NCBI GenBank assembly: GCA_002269645.1
Contig: NIVC01004245.1
Span: forward strand, 1-53,462
Origin: Macrostomum lignano
Lineage: Eukaryota
Direction of reading: 5' to 3'
DNA length: 53,462 nt
How positions within the stretch are numbered: the first letter of the stretch is position 1; each line of letters begins with the position of its first letter. Below, one piece after another: positions 11,525 to 24,717 of this stretch. Position numbers and translations under genes: made by a program. Under the pieces are notes generated by a model, which was given only the letters and a program-made list of their open reading frames with translations, made no database searches and had not been told where the DNA came from.

Positions 11525-12092
11525 GCCCGCCGATGTACACTCGCTCCCGGCTAGCCAACCTCTTCCCCCAATGTACACCCACCCCGGCTAGCCAACCTCT
11601 TCCCCCAATGTACACTCGCTCCCGACCAGCCAACCTCTTCCCCCAATGTACACTCGCTCCCGGCCAGCCAACCTCTTCCCCCAATGTACACTCGCTCCCG
11701 GCTAGCCAACCTCTTCCCCCAATGTACACTCGCTCCCGACCAGCCAACCTCTCCCCCCAATGTACACTCTATCATGACCAGCCAACCTCTGCCTGCAATG
11801 TACACTCTATCATGACCAGCCAACCTCTGCCTGCAATGTACACTCTATCATGACCAGCCAACCTCTGCCTGCAATGTACACTCTATCATGACCAGCCAAC
11901 CTCTGCCTGCAATGTACACTCTATCATGACCAGCCAACCTCTGCCTGCAATGTACACTCTATCATGACCAGCCAACCTCTGCCTGCAATGTACACTCTAT
12001 CATGACCAGCCAACCTCTGCCTGCAATGTACACCCGAGCCGGCCATCTAACCTCTTCCCCAATGTACACTCGCTCCCGACCAGCCAACCTCT
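11525..12092. repeat. 38-bp minisatellite with two variant blocks
   Basis: Type A CAATGTACACTCGCTCCCGGCTAGCCAACCTCTTCCCC at both ends; type B CAATGTACACTCTATCATGACCAGCCAACCTCTGCCTG in the middle. Confidence 0.92.
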
Positions 12093-13085
12093 TGCCCCCT
12101 CTAATGTGCACCTGCTACACACGCAAGCATAAATATTCCGGCTAGCTTCAGAAATTCCCTAGAAGAGTGTTTTTTGTTTGGCGCTTATCGCTCGTATTGT
12201 GTATCCGAGGCAAATAAAAATCTATCGTCAAAATTTTCGTTCGCGTTCAACCAACCAAAAAAAATTTATATTTTAATTTTTACTCAACGCGGTACTAAGT
12301 GTGCAAGTCGAGTTGCTACTTTTTGTTTCTATTTTTTGTTTTACTGTAGCTAAACAGCAAATTACTACGAATATTTTGATCCATTTTCAAATTATTGAAG
12401 TTATTTTTTCTATTGTAAAACAGATTAGTTAATTTGCCTTTTATATCTCTTATGTACTTTTCGTGTGCTTTGTGTCTTTCGTTCCGAGTCAAAAAGGTCT
12501 GGTCTCGCTATCTCAGCTGGTGTTTTGTTCTACTTTTCAGCGGATAAAATATTTACAAAAAATATTTTGCTAGTCATTTGCACAGTGTCTCAGTATTGTC
12601 CTGTTATAATTTTTAGTAGTTATTATTATTACAGTACACCTCAGTGTTTGTACTTTAAGTGCGCGAACAAAGTGAGAATAACTATCATTCAAATGCACTT
12701 TTAATCTCTGCAGACTTTTGTCCGAGATTCTTTTGTCTCCGTTGTCAGGAATTGTTTTTTTGTTTTACCGATATTCCTCCCAACTCTGAACTTTATTTTT
12801 GAAGATCAAAAATGTAAAGAGAGACCGTTTGCATTGTGCAACTTTTTGAAAGCTTGTTGAAAAATAAAATGACAGTTTATATTGTTTGTGTGTGTTTGTA
12901 TGTGTTGGCGGGTGTGTTGTGTATAAGTGCACCTGCACCCGTGCTAAACTTTTTGTCTGCTTCATTTTTCAAACTTGCCACACGCTGCGTTTTCATAAAC
13001 TTGATTTTTTGCAACACTTATTTAGAACAAAAAAAGGATAGTTTCATTTACAATTGTTTTCAGAGATCTGCCAGGCTTTTATTGG

Positions 13086-13357
13086 GGCTGGTGCTGGAGT
13101 GACAGATCCCTGCAAGTTCAACATAGGCAGACTGGTGCTGGAGTGACAGATCCCTGCAAGTTCAACATAGGCAGAGTGGTGCTGGAGTGACAGATCCCTG
13201 CAAGCTCAACATAGGCAGAGTGGTGCTGGAGTGACAGATCCCTGCAAGCTCAACATAGGCAGAGTGGTGCTGGAGTGACAGATCCCTGCAAGCTCAACAT
13301 AGGCAGAGTGGTGCTGGAGTGACAGATCCCTGCAAGCTCAACATAGGCAGAGTGGTG
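13086..13357. repeat. 44-bp tandem repeat (~6 copies) just upstream of the PYROXD1 ATG
   Basis: Unit CTGGAGTGACAGATCCCTGCAAGCTCAACATAGGCAGAGTGGTG. Confidence 0.93.
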
Positions 13358-13414
13358 CACCAGCAAGTGGCATTCAACAGTTGCTCTGACAGCGAGGCAA
13401 ACCGCGCCCGTTTT

Positions 13415-16400
13415 ATGGCGGCCGAGCACCAATACGACTTTGTCATTGTGGGCGGCGGCATTGCCGGTGTCACCTGCGCGGAGACCCTGGCAGCGCTGGA
13501 GCCGGACGCCCGGGTGCTGATTGTGTCCGCCTCGCCTGTGGTCAAAGCCGTCACCAACCTGCGGCCCGTCACCAAACTGCTGGAAGAGTTCGACGTTGAG
13601 GTTTATCGGCTGAGGGCGGGTCTTTTTTGGATTGCTGTCTCTACTGACACCCCATTGACTCTGCTGACACCCCACTGACTAACTGACACCCCACTGCCTC
13701 TACTGACACCTCACCGACTCAACTGACACCCCACTGACTCAACTGACACCCCACTGACTCAACTGACACCTCACCGACTCAACTGACACCCCACTGACTC
13801 AACTGACACCTCACTGACTCAACTGACACCTCACTGACTCAACTGACACCTCACTGACTCAACTGACACCTCACTGACTCAACTGACACCTCACCGACTC
13901 AACTGACACCCCACTGACTCAACTGACACCTCACTGACTCAACTGACACCTCACTGACTCAACTGACACCTCACCGACTCAACTGACACCCCACTAACTC
14001 AACTGACACCTCATCGACTCAACTGACACCCCACCGACTCAACTGACACCTCACCGACTCAACTGACACCTCACTGACTCAACTGACACCTCATCGACTC
14101 AACTGACACCCCACCGACTCAACTGACACCTCACCGACTCAACTGACACCCCACTGACTCAACTGACACCTCACTGACTCAACTGGCACCTCACCGACCA
14201 TCCCAGGAGCGCCCGCTAGCCGAGTTCCAGCGGCAGCAGCGTCAGCGAAGCGGCTGCGGCAGCGTTAGCGTCCTGCACGCCAGCTGCACCGGTTTCAACG
14301 CGGAGACTCGGCAGCTCCGCGCCTCGCTGGCCAATCCGGAGCCGTCAGCAGCCGGCGAAGCTGCCGAGGTCAGGATCGGCTACGGGGAGCTGTGCCTGTG
14401 CACCGGCGCTTCGCCGAAGCTGATTCCGCAGGCCCGGCAGCACCCGGATCTGGTTGTGGGCATTCGCGACACCGAGACAGTGGCCGACCTGTCCAAGAAG
14501 TTGTCGACGTGTCGACGCGTCCTTGTCGTTGGCAACGGCGGCATCGCCACCGAGCTGGTCTACGAGTTGCGCAACGTCGACGTCGTGTGGGCGGTTCGCC
14601 AGGACTCCATCGGAGCCGTGTTCTTTGACGCCGGCGCCGCCCAGTTCCTGCTGCCCAGTCTGGCGCGGCCTGGCGGCGCGAGGGTCGACAAGCCCGGCGT
14701 GACTAAGCATCGGAGGTGACGGTCGGGGCGTCAGGGGGATGGAGACGGTGGGGTGTCAGGGAATGGAGACGGTGGGGTGTCAGGGAATGGAGACGGTGGG
14801 GTGTCAGGGAATGGAGACGGTGGGGTGTCAGGGAATGGAGACGGTGGGTGTCAGGGAATGGAGACGGTGGGGTGTCAGGGAATGGAGACGGTGGGGTGTC
14901 AGGGAATGGAGACGGTGGGGTGTCAGGGAATGGAGACGGTGGGGTGTCAGGGAATGGAGACGGTGGGGTGTCAGGGAATGGAGACGGTGGGGTGTCAGGG
15001 AATGGAGACGGTGGGGTGTCAGGGAATGGAGACGGTGGGGTGTCAGGGAATGGAGACGGTGGGGTGTCAGGGAATGGAGACGGTGGGGTGTCAGGGAATG
15101 GAGACGGTGGGGTGTCAGGGAATGGAGACGGTGGGGTGTCAGGGAATGGAGACGGTGGGGTGTCAGGGAATGGAGACGGTGGGGTGTCAGGGAATGGAGA
15201 CGGTGGGGTGTCAGGGAATGGAGACGGTGGGGTGTCAGGGAATGGAGACGGTGGGGTGTCAGGGAATGGAGACGGTGGGGCTATTTAATATTTATCGGCT
15301 TCCTTTCGGTCCTTTGCAGATTCCAACTTGCCGAGGACTCGGCCCCTCCCCCGCTTAAGCAGCAGAGGCAGCAAGAGCAGCAACAGATGCGTCAGCAGTT
15401 TCCCGGAAGCGCCCTTGGCCCCGACTGGTCGAGCGGCTTTAAACTTAGCGGCTGCGTCGGTGCATCGTCGAGGTCGGCAGAAACACCGACATCGACAGCG
15501 ACACCAGCATCGGCACCGACATCGGCACCGACGTCAGCACCGACATCAGCACCGACATCGGCAGCGACACTAACATCGGCACCGACATCGGCACTGCCAT
15601 CAGCACCGACATTAACACCAACATCGGCATCGACACCGGCACCGTCATCGACATCGGCATCGGCACCGACAGCTGCACCGGCAGCGACAGCGGCGACGTC
15701 GGCAGGCGACGCCGCGGAGACTCGAATAATCTACTCGGTGGAGGTCGTCAGCCTTCTGAGCCCCAAGGAGGCCGCCGAGCTGCTCCCGACCGACACCACG
15801 GCTCCGACCGATTCTTGGCCGGTGTTCGCCGCGCTCAGCAACGGCGAACTGCTGGGCGTCGATTTGATCGTCAGCGCAACCGGAGTGACGCCGACCGCCC
15901 TGCTGGCCGACGGCGGCGTCGGTCCGGCGCTGGATGCTGAGGGCGCCGTGGCCGTCGACCGCGGCATGCGCAGCTCCTTGGCGCACGTGTTCGCCGCCGG
16001 TGACGCTTGCGGCTGCGCCGGTTGGTCGTCCGACGGTGAGACTTCCTCGGCGGCGGAGGAGACGCGGCTGTGGTTTCAGATGCGCCTGTGGTCGCAGGCG
16101 CGCCAGACCGGCTCTTTTGCCGCCCGCTGCATGTCGGCGGCCAGGCGGGGCGAGTCGCCGCCTCCGCTGGACATCGGCTTCGAGCTGTTCACCCACGTCA
16201 CCCGGTTTTTCAGCTACAAGATCGTGCTGCTGGGTGAGTCGCTCGCCGCTGTCGTGTTCGCTTCTTGCCCAGCCATGCTGGCCTTCCACGGCGCCTCACT
16301 GCCTCCCACGGCGCCTCACTGCCTACCACGGCGCCTCACTGCCTTCCACGGCGCCTCACTGCCTCCCACGGCGCCTCACTGCCTGTGCTTTGCTGTCTTT

Positions 16401-17039
16401 TATGTAACGCCGACTATTTTCTATTGACATCAAATTGTTTATATTAGCTCCAAATGGCTTATATTAGCGCCAAATGGTTTATACTAGCGCCATATGGTTT
16501 ATATTAGCGCCAAATGGTTTATATTAGCGCCAAATGGTTTATATTAGCGCCAAATGGTTTCTATTAGCGCCAAATGGTTTCTATTAGCGCCAAATGGTTT
16601 ATATTAGTGCCAAATGGTTTATATTAGCGCCAAATGGTTTCTATTAGCGCCAAATGGTTTATATTAGTGCCAAATGGTTTCTGGTTGCGGCAAACGTTTC
16701 CAAAGCGACACCTGCATAAATTATTACTAGCATTAGTTTTGCTTACATGCCTATAAGCTACTGTCAGTAGTCAGTATGAAATTCAACCCCCAATTGTCAG
16801 GCCTGTACAACGCACAAGGGTTGGCCAGCGGCGAATACGAGGCGCTGCTTCGTGTGACCCCAGGCGTCGAGTACGTGAAGTGCGTCATGCACAACGGCCG
16901 AATGCAGGGCTGCGTGCTTATTGGCGAGACAGATCTTGAGGAGACATTTGAGAATCTCATTCTCAACCAGCTGGATCTCAGCCAGTTTGGCGAGCACCTG
17001 CTTGACCCCGGAGTTGACATTGACGACTATTTTGACTGA
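13415..17039 (+). CDS. PYROXD1: Pyridine nucleotide-disulfide oxidoreductase domain-containing protein 1; exons 13415-13600, 14207-14715, 15320-16233, 16801-17039
   Basis: [15 protein letters not shown] (FAD site), [68 protein letters not shown]|LYNAQGL, and the C-terminus [38 protein letters not shown]. All four junctions are GT-AG and phase-compatible. Confidence 0.96.
13640..14198. repeat. 20-bp minisatellite (AACTGACACCTCACTGACTC) in PYROXD1 intron 1
   Basis: About 27 copies running to within about 10 bp of the acceptor. Confidence 0.95.
14718..15282. repeat. 24-bp minisatellite (GGGTGTCAGGGAATGGAGACGGTG) in PYROXD1 intron 2
   Basis: About 23 copies, the first (degenerate) starting at intron position +3. 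Confidence 0.95.
16280..16682. repeat. Two adjacent unrelated 20-bp minisatellites in PYROXD1 intron 3
   Basis: CACGGCGCCTCACTGCCTCC (~16280-16385) and TTATATTAGCGCCAAATGGT (~16438-16682). Confidence 0.92.
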
Positions 17040-17204
17040 CAATAAGGTAGAGAGAATCGCGCGTCTCTGATTGGTTGGCGCTAAATGTACATTGTTGTGT
17101 TGTGCCTTGTGCCTTCCGAGTCAAGCATTTTTTACTTGATAAAAAAATAACACATTTGCATTTTACTCTGTTATTTGAACCTTTGTTCTCAATTCAAGTA
17201 GATT

Positions 17205-17690
17205 GAAAGCTTGTTGTTCAATCGGAAGCTTGTTGTTCAACCGGAAGCTTGTTGTTCAACCGGAAGCTTTTGTTTAATCGAAAGCTTGTTGTTCAACCGG
17301 AAGCTTGTTGTTCAAGCGAGAACTTGTTCAACCGGAAGCTTGTTCAACCGGAAGCTTGTTCAACCGGAAGCTTGTTCAACCGGAAGCTTGTTCAACCGGA
17401 AGCTTGTTGGTTCAGCCCTTACGTGGATCGGAAGCTTGTTGGGTCTGCCACAACAGGGCCGGAAGCTTGTTGGGTCTGCCACAACAGGGCCGGAAACTTG
17501 TTGGGTCTGCCACAACAGGGCCGGAAACTTGTTGGGTCTGCCACAACAGGGCCGGAAGCTTGTTGGGTCTGCCACAACAAGGCCGGAAGCTTGTTGGGTC
17601 TGCCACAACAGGGCCGAAAGCTTGTTGGGTCTGCCACAACAGGGCCGGAAGCTTGTTGGGTCTGCCACAATAGGGCCGAAAGCTTTTATG
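17205..17690. repeat. Composite array: 16/19-bp TTGTTCAACCGGAAGC, then 31-bp GGAAGCTTGTTGGGTCTGCCACAACAGGGCC
   Basis: Both units share CCGGAAGCTTGTT; downstream of the PYROXD1 stop. Confidence 0.92.
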
Positions 17691-18271
17691 TCCAGCCATA
17701 CAATAAATGAATAAGAAATACTTCGTATGAACGGCAAAACTCTAAAGTGCTTCAGTATATTCTGTATACCTCTAACTACTAGCTCTGTGAAGAATAGGCC
17801 TTACTTTTATCAGCCTAAGCTTCTTTTTAAGCCGCTGTTCAAAGCGGATTCCACAGTTTCAGACGGGAAGCTCACCCGGCTGCTGCACTTGGCTAAGAAG
17901 CTGAACTAGAATTTCGAATGCTTCAATTGAATGAAGAGTCAGCAGAGCTAGAAGAGGATTGGTATGGCGCTCGCTCCCTATCAGTCTGTGGCATGTGTCA
18001 GTCAGGCATATCTGCATGCCTGGGGGCCTTAAACCTCTCTTTTCGGCCTCCCTTCTCTTCGCTCCTCTGAACTTATCGGTCTGAAGAAGAGAGAGCGATT
18101 GAAAGAAAAGGAGGCTTCAGCCCCTTAGATGGCAGCTGATGCTTATAACTATGAAGATGACGGCGAACCTTTGCTCTCATTCATGTCCAGGTATTATTAA
18201 AGCTAATTAACGGAGGTAGGGGAGCGGAAGATGCAACTTTATTCAAAAACGAGGTAGAATGCTTTGGAAGT

Positions 18272-18567
18272 GAAGGGCGGATTGTGTGGCTTCAGTCCCG
18301 GAAGTGGAAGGCGGATTGTGTGGCTTCAGCCCCGGAAGTGGAGGGCGGATTGTGTGGCTTCAGCCCCGGAAGTGGAGGGCGGATTGCGTGGCTTCAGCCG
18401 GAAGTAGGGGGCGGATTGTGTGGATTCAGCACCGGAAATGGAGGTCGGATTGTTTGGCTTCAGTAGGAAGTGGGGGGGGGGCGGATTGCGTGGCTTCAGC
18501 CGGAAGTAGGGGGCGGATCATGTGGCTTCAGCCGGAAGTAGGGGGCGGATTGTGTGGCTTCAACCGG
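18272..18567. repeat. Degenerate ~32-34-bp array with CCGGAAGT and GGGCGG motifs
   Basis: About 9 copies of GGGCGGATTGTGTGGCTTCAGCCGGAAGT. Confidence 0.85.
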
Positions 18568-19269
18568 ATGCCAAGGCACATCATTTTTCTTAAAGTAAAT
18601 ATATTAGCAACAAATGAAACCTCTGTCATTAGTAAGCTGGTTTTAACCATTAGATAAAATAAGCGAAATGCCTGAGCCTTAATTAAGCTAAGCTAGGCGC
18701 ACACGAGCACACGCGGGCTCTCATGCTCCACTTGGCAATCCGGTTTCGTAACCCGCCCCGGTCTTTTACCTTCGTTAATTGTTTCTTTAAGTCTGGCATA
18801 ACGAATGATGCATGTTTATAACTATCCTCTTCACCTGCAAATCGTGCAGCTCGCGCTTCAACTGAGACCTCTCGTCGAGTACGACAGGCTAATGGCTGTT
18901 GAGTAGCCTTGCGAGAGCTCCGTGGCTGAGGGAAGGCGGGGCCACTTCACGAAAATCGAACTCTCGTCCTGCGGCGGCCGCTGGAATTGCATTTCACCGG
19001 CCGCAGACGGGGGGTCTCTTATTAATAGACCCTTGGCAACAGCGCTAATGCCTTTGGGGGCGCTTGACCACGGGGGGTCCCCAGTCCCCGGTGGGGACGG
19101 CGGCTGGGCTTCTTCACGCCAGGAGGCCGGCCTTGTCATCTCCATTCTCTCACTCTCTGTCTCTCTTCAATGCCGCTCCTCTGTCTTCTGCACCATGGGA
19201 GAGCCGGGCACTTGAGCTGGAACGAGTAAGATACAGAGAGAGCAGAAGAGGACAGCCCATTGTGCATCA

Positions 19270-19305
<36 letters not shown>

Positions 19306-20081
19306 AGTGTGGCTTAGAGACCTGACAAAGCCGCAGCCAACCCCGCATCTCCAGAGCTGTCAATCATGCTAGACCGCGTTGATGAGGCGGAGAGAGGGAG
19401 GAGAGGCAGTACAGGGGGAGGGGGCGAATTAATAATTAATTGCAGCCCTGGCACGGCCGTGTCAGCAAAGGCGCTGGACCAATCAGCTGTCAGCGCGTGC
19501 CGGATTGGTTGGCAGCCGCCACGGGGATTCCCCCTCTGCTCCTGCTGCTGTGTCTGTCCATCGCTCTGCCCTACCTCGGAACCCTTCATTTCTGCTACTA
19601 AAAAGTAATGAAGAGTGTGCAGGTTTCTCTCGCCCAACCCCACCTCATCGTGTTTAATAGCTGGAGAGACGCACTAAGAGATAGGCGGAGCAATCCGATT
19701 GCTTTTTGGCAAAAAAGCAGAGAGCGCGGCACAATCGCCCTATCCTGACTCCCCTCTCCCACCAGTAGCTCCCCAGCTCTGTCAGTCAATCACCAATGCG
19801 GAGGTGGGGTTGCCCACGCATTTAACAACGGACAAATATAGAGAAGTTCAATTGGAGCCATTGTTTCACACAGTTTAGCGGTCATTGTTGCTGGCGCTCC
19901 ATGTGAGAACTTTATTGATGCTGGATAATATAAGCTAGAGATCCGCGAGTTCGAGTCCTGACAACAAGCTGAAAAAGTGACTGGCGACCATCAATTGGTT
20001 AAAAAATGTGGATGCGGAATATCGCTGCAGTTGGGTGAGTGTCTTTTTTGTGTCAGCCTTGGGAGTTCTGTTAGTTTTCCG

Positions 20082-20890
20082 ATTGTGTCAGAATCGTCTT
20101 GATTGTGTCAGAATCTTCTAGATTGTGTCAGAATCTTCTTGATTGTGTCAGAATCTTCTAGATTGTGTCAGAATCTTCTTGATTGTGTCAAAATCTTCTA
20201 GATTGTCAGAATCTTCTTGATTGTGTCAAAATCTTCTAGATTGTCAGAATCTTCTTGATTGTGTCAAAATCTTCTTGATTGTGTCAGAATCTTCTTGATT
20301 GTGTCAGAATCTTCTAGATTGTGTCAGAATCTTCTAGATTGTCAGAATCTTCTTGATTGTGTCAGAATCTTCTTGATTGTGTCAGAATCTTCTTGATTGT
20401 GTCAGAATCTTCTAGATTGTGTCAGAATCTTCTAGATTGTGTCAGAATCTTCTAGATTGTGTCAGAATCTTCTAGATTGTGTCAGAATCTTCTAGATTGT
20501 GTCAGAATCTTCTTGATTGTGTCAGAATCTTCTAGATTGTTTCAGGATCTTTTTCATTGTGTCAGAATCTTTGTGACTGTGTCAGAATCTTGATTGTTTC
20601 AAAATCTTCTTGATTGTGTCAGAATCTTTTTCATTGTGTCAGGATCTTTTCATTGTGTCAGAATCTTTGTGACTGTGTCAGAATCTTGATTGTGTCAAAA
20701 TCTTCTTGATTGTGTCAGAATCTTTTTCATTGTGTCAGGATCTTTTTCATTGTGTCAGGATCTTTTTCATTGTGTCAGGATCTTTTTCATTGTGTCAGGA
20801 TCTTTTTCATTGTGTCAGAATCTTTTTCATTGTGTCAGGATCTTTTCATTGTGTCAGAATCTTTGTGACTGGGTCAGAATCTTTTTGACT
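20082..20890. repeat. 20-bp minisatellite (GATTGTGTCAGAATCTTCTT) drifting to CATTGTGTCAGGATCTTTTT
   Basis: About 40 copies with a polarised variant gradient. Confidence 0.95.
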
Positions 20891-21504
20891 CTGTCAGCAG
20901 GCCCTCAGATGGCGGTGGAATATGCATTGTTTTGGGAAATGCTTCAACCAAAAGAATTTTTTCTCATCTTGCCGATGGCCGCAGAAGGCGTTTCACCCCT
21001 GTTGCTCCCACTCCCGGGTTGCCTCTCTCCTTTCATTTCCCTTTGTGAGTCAGTCCCGCAGGTTACTTGAGTCCGGAGCCTTTACTTCCCACTCCTGCCA
21101 AGGGGACGCGCCCGGGAAACGCGAGACAAGAGAGAGAGAGAAGAGAGGAAAGAAAGATGTTGCTGAAGCATGGAATGCGAAATTCTCTTTTTTACTTGTT
21201 TCGCCTGCTGTCTTTTGTATCTTCTTCTGCTTTTGCTGCTGCAAAGGCCGCGGGCTCCGGCTCACAGCGGGGGGGGGGAGGCGACAGAGTGCCCCAAATA
21301 TGAGAAGGTCCCTGGCGGCTTTTGGCATTTCTGTCCCAATTTGCTCTGCGAGGCTGCGAACGGCCGGGCATTTAGAATTCTGACTGCTTTGCCACTCCTC
21401 CCTTTCTGTGTCATCCACTTTGCCTTTGAATTTTGTTTACTGCAGCCAACTTGCTTTGCCATCGGAACCTCAGTGATGGCCTCGGTGGTTTCTCAACTAA
21501 TTCA

Positions 21505-21915
21505 AGATGTGTCAGAGTTCACAATTTTGATGTCAGACCTGCAGCCGATTTGATGTGTCAGATGACAATTTTGAGGGGTCAGGAGAATTATGATGGGGTG
21601 TCAGGCGTACCAGATTGAGGCATCAGTTGTGCCAAGTTGTAGTGTCAGGGGTGCTGCTTTTAGTGCGTCATGGTGAGAGTTTCGGGGTGTCAGGGGTGCG
21701 AGTTTCGGGGTGTCAGAGTGACAATTTGAGGGTGTCAGGATGTCAAAACGTGTCAAGTTGGAGTGTCAGGGTGTACCTAGTCGGGGTGTCAGGCGTGATA
21801 ATTTCGAGGTGTCAGGGTGTGTCAAGCGTGCTAATTTGGGGCGTCAGGGGGTGTCAGGCGTTCTAATTTCGGGGTGTCAGGGTGTGTCAGTGCTACCAAC
21901 TTGGGATGTCAGGCG
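21505..21915. repeat. Old degenerate GGGGTGTCAGG-containing array
   Basis: More than 15 GTGTCAG motifs at roughly 20-30 bp spacing. Confidence 0.7.
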
Positions 21916-22549
21916 TTTTTCGCTCTACTGCCTATCGTGTCTCCTCCTCCCCAGCGAAAATGGCAGCATTAAAGTGTCAAAAAAACACGTAGAGCTCCAA
22001 AGGCGAGGGGTCTGGGGCCAACAAGGTGAGCGGGTGAGCGCCCTGATCTGTGAGCTCTGAGCTCTGTGAGCTGCTCAACCAGCAACTCAACTCAGCACAT
22101 TCTTTGAGCGACAGGAAGAGGGGCCGGGCCAGGACAAAAAAATAAGTGGCTCTCGCACAAGCAAGCAGGACAAAAAAATAAACTAGCGACTTGCTTTCTG
22201 GAGAGGCTTGAAGAGAGAGAGAGAGAGAAAGAGGCGAACGGTGTGGGGGGAAGCGGGTGGGCAATCGCTCTTTTGTTGTGTGTTAACTGGCAGCTCTTTG
22301 AGTGCTCTGGCGTGTCAGTCACTTATGCGTGAGGTTTGAGCACTGGAGCGGGGCCTGGTTGCTGTCAGGGTGGGGGGGGGCAACTCAGATACTGGCTGCC
22401 TATTGTGTACAGCGATCACTGGAGTTGGGGCGCACTTTGGGCCTCATTTGGCTTTGGGCTTTTTTGGGATTTGAGCGGCTTTCTGTCTGTCTGCCACATC
22501 TTGGTTGACGGCTGACTGAGGCTTTTGGGACTGGGATGTGTCCAGGGAG

Positions 22550-23140
22550 TCCGCGGACCAGCGAGTCAGTGGGTCAGCGGGTCAGCGGGTCAGTGGTTTA
22601 GCGAGTCAGCAGGTCAGCGGGTCAGCAGGTCAGTGGGTCAGCGGGTCAGTGGTTTAGCAGGTCACGGGATCAGTGGTTTAGCGAGTCAGCGGGTCAGTGG
22701 GTCAGCGGGTCAGTAGGTCAGTGGGTCAGTAGGTCAGTGGGTCAGTGGGTCAGTGGTTTAGCGAGTCAGCAAGTCAGCGAGTCAGCAGGTCAGCGGGTCA
22801 GCAGGTCAGTGGGTCAGCGGGTCAGTGGTTTAGCAGGTCACGGGATCAGTGGTTTAGCGAGTCAGCGGGTCAGTGGGTCAGCGGGTCAGTAGGTCAGTGG
22901 GTCAGCGGGTCAGTGGGTCAGCGGGTCAGTGGTTTAGTGGGTCAGCGGGTCAGTGGGTCAGCGGGTCAGTGGGTTAGTGGGTCAGCGGGTCAGCGGGTCA
23001 GTGGTTTAGTGGGTCAGCGGGTCAGCGGGTCAGCGGGTCAGTGGTTTAGCGGGTCAGCGGGTCAGCGGGTCAGCGGGTCAGCGGGTCAGTGGTTTAGTGG
23101 GTCAGCGGGTCAGCGGGTCAGCGGGTCAGCGGGTCAGTGG
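22550..23140. repeat. (GGGTCAGC/T)n 8-bp array with GGTTTA interruptions
   Basis: Direct reading of the sequence. Confidence 0.93.
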
Positions 23141-23829
23141 ACTTTTGGGTCGGCAGGTCGGTAGGTTAGGGGTATGTAGACCTGTGAGTTTTCCTGGGCT
23201 GTCAGCTAGTTGGTTGGTCAATATGTCAGCCAAGCACCAGACATTTTCATCAAATAAGAAGAGCAAGTCAGTATAACCGTATTCTGGACATACTGGCTGC
23301 GAGACGGGGCAGAAAGGGAGGCCAGGGGCCAAGATGAAGCGACAAAGATAGGCCACAGGGAGTCTGAGGCGGCGTGGAAAATGAGGTTTAAGGAGGCAGG
23401 CCGCTCGCGGTCCAGGTAAAGCCAACAAACTAAGGACCCTGGTCCACTTATTATCTTTCCCTTATATGGGAGGCCAAGCGGTCGGCGTTTGAAGCTCGGT
23501 ACAAAATCCGCCCAGTAATTCTCCATCGTCATTCTTCCCACCTCGATTTACCTGCGCCGCTCTTGGACCGGCAGGTGACTGACAGGCCAAGCCCGCCAGG
23601 GGGGGGGGGCAGGAGGGGAGTTGGACGATGGGAGAAATAAATAAGGCGAGAAAATCACCGCCTTTATGGGGGCCGGCCTGGTCTGGGTGACCCCCCCCAG
23701 GACCTCCTGCCCGCCTACCACTCGGCTGTCTCGGTTCACCTCCGCCTCGGCTCCCCCAGGCCTCTGCCCCGCCCTCCGTCTGCATCTGCCTTCTGTCTGG
23801 GCCCGCGTCTCACCGTCTCAGCGTGTAGC

Positions 23830-24663
23830 TCTCTGTCTCTCCCTGCATCTCTCTGCCTCTCTCTCTGCCTCTCTCTGCCTCTCTCTGCCTCTCTCTCTGC
23901 CTCTCTCTGCATCTCTCTGCCTCTCTCTCTGCCTCTCCCTGCATCTCTCTGTCTCTCCCTGCATCTCTCTGTCTCTCCCTGCCTCTCTCTGCCTCTCTCT
24001 GCCTCTCTCTGTCTCTCCCTGCATCTCTCTGTCTCTCCCTGAATCTCTCTGTCTCTCCCTGCATCTCTCTGTCTCTCCCTGCATCTCTCTGTCTCTCCCT
24101 GCATCTCTCTGTCTCTCCCTGCCTCTCTCTGCCTCTCTCTGCCTCTCTCTGTCTCTCCCTGCATCTCTCTGTCTCTCCCTGAATCTCTCTGTCTCTCCCT
24201 GCATCTCTCTGTCTCTCCCTGCATCTCTCTGTCTCTCCCTGCATCTCTCTGTCTCTCCCTGCATCTCTCTGTCTCTCCCTGCCTCTCTCTGCCTCTCTCT
24301 GTCTCTCCCTGCATCTCTCTGCCTCTCCCTGCATCTCTCTGTCTCTCCCTGCCTCTCTCTGCCTCTCTCTGCCTCTCCCTGCCTCTCTCTGTCTCTCTCT
24401 GCCTTTCCCTGCATCTCTCTGTCTCTCCCTGCATCTCTCTGTCTCTCCCTGCATCTCTCTGTCTCTCCCTGCATCTCTCTGTCTCTCCCTGCATCTCTCT
24501 GTCTCTCCCTGCATCTCTCTGTCTCTCCATCTCTCTGTCTCTCCCTGCATCTCTCTGTCTCTCCCTGCATCTCTCTGCCTCTCCATCTCTCTGTCTCTCC
24601 CTGCATCTCTCTGTCTCTCCCTGCATCTCTCTGTCTCTCCCTGCCTCTCTCTGCCTCTCTCTG

Positions 24664-24715
<52 letters not shown>
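23830..24715. repeat. Polypyrimidine 20-bp minisatellite (GCATCTCTCTGTCTCTCCCT) ending in (CT)n
   Basis: Direct reading; explains the RERQ ORFs on the minus strand. Confidence 0.95.

Positions 24716-24717
<2 letters not shown>

Noticed and set aside
19930-19965. B-box-like GAGTTCGAGTCC
   Set aside because: No matching A box or cloverleaf
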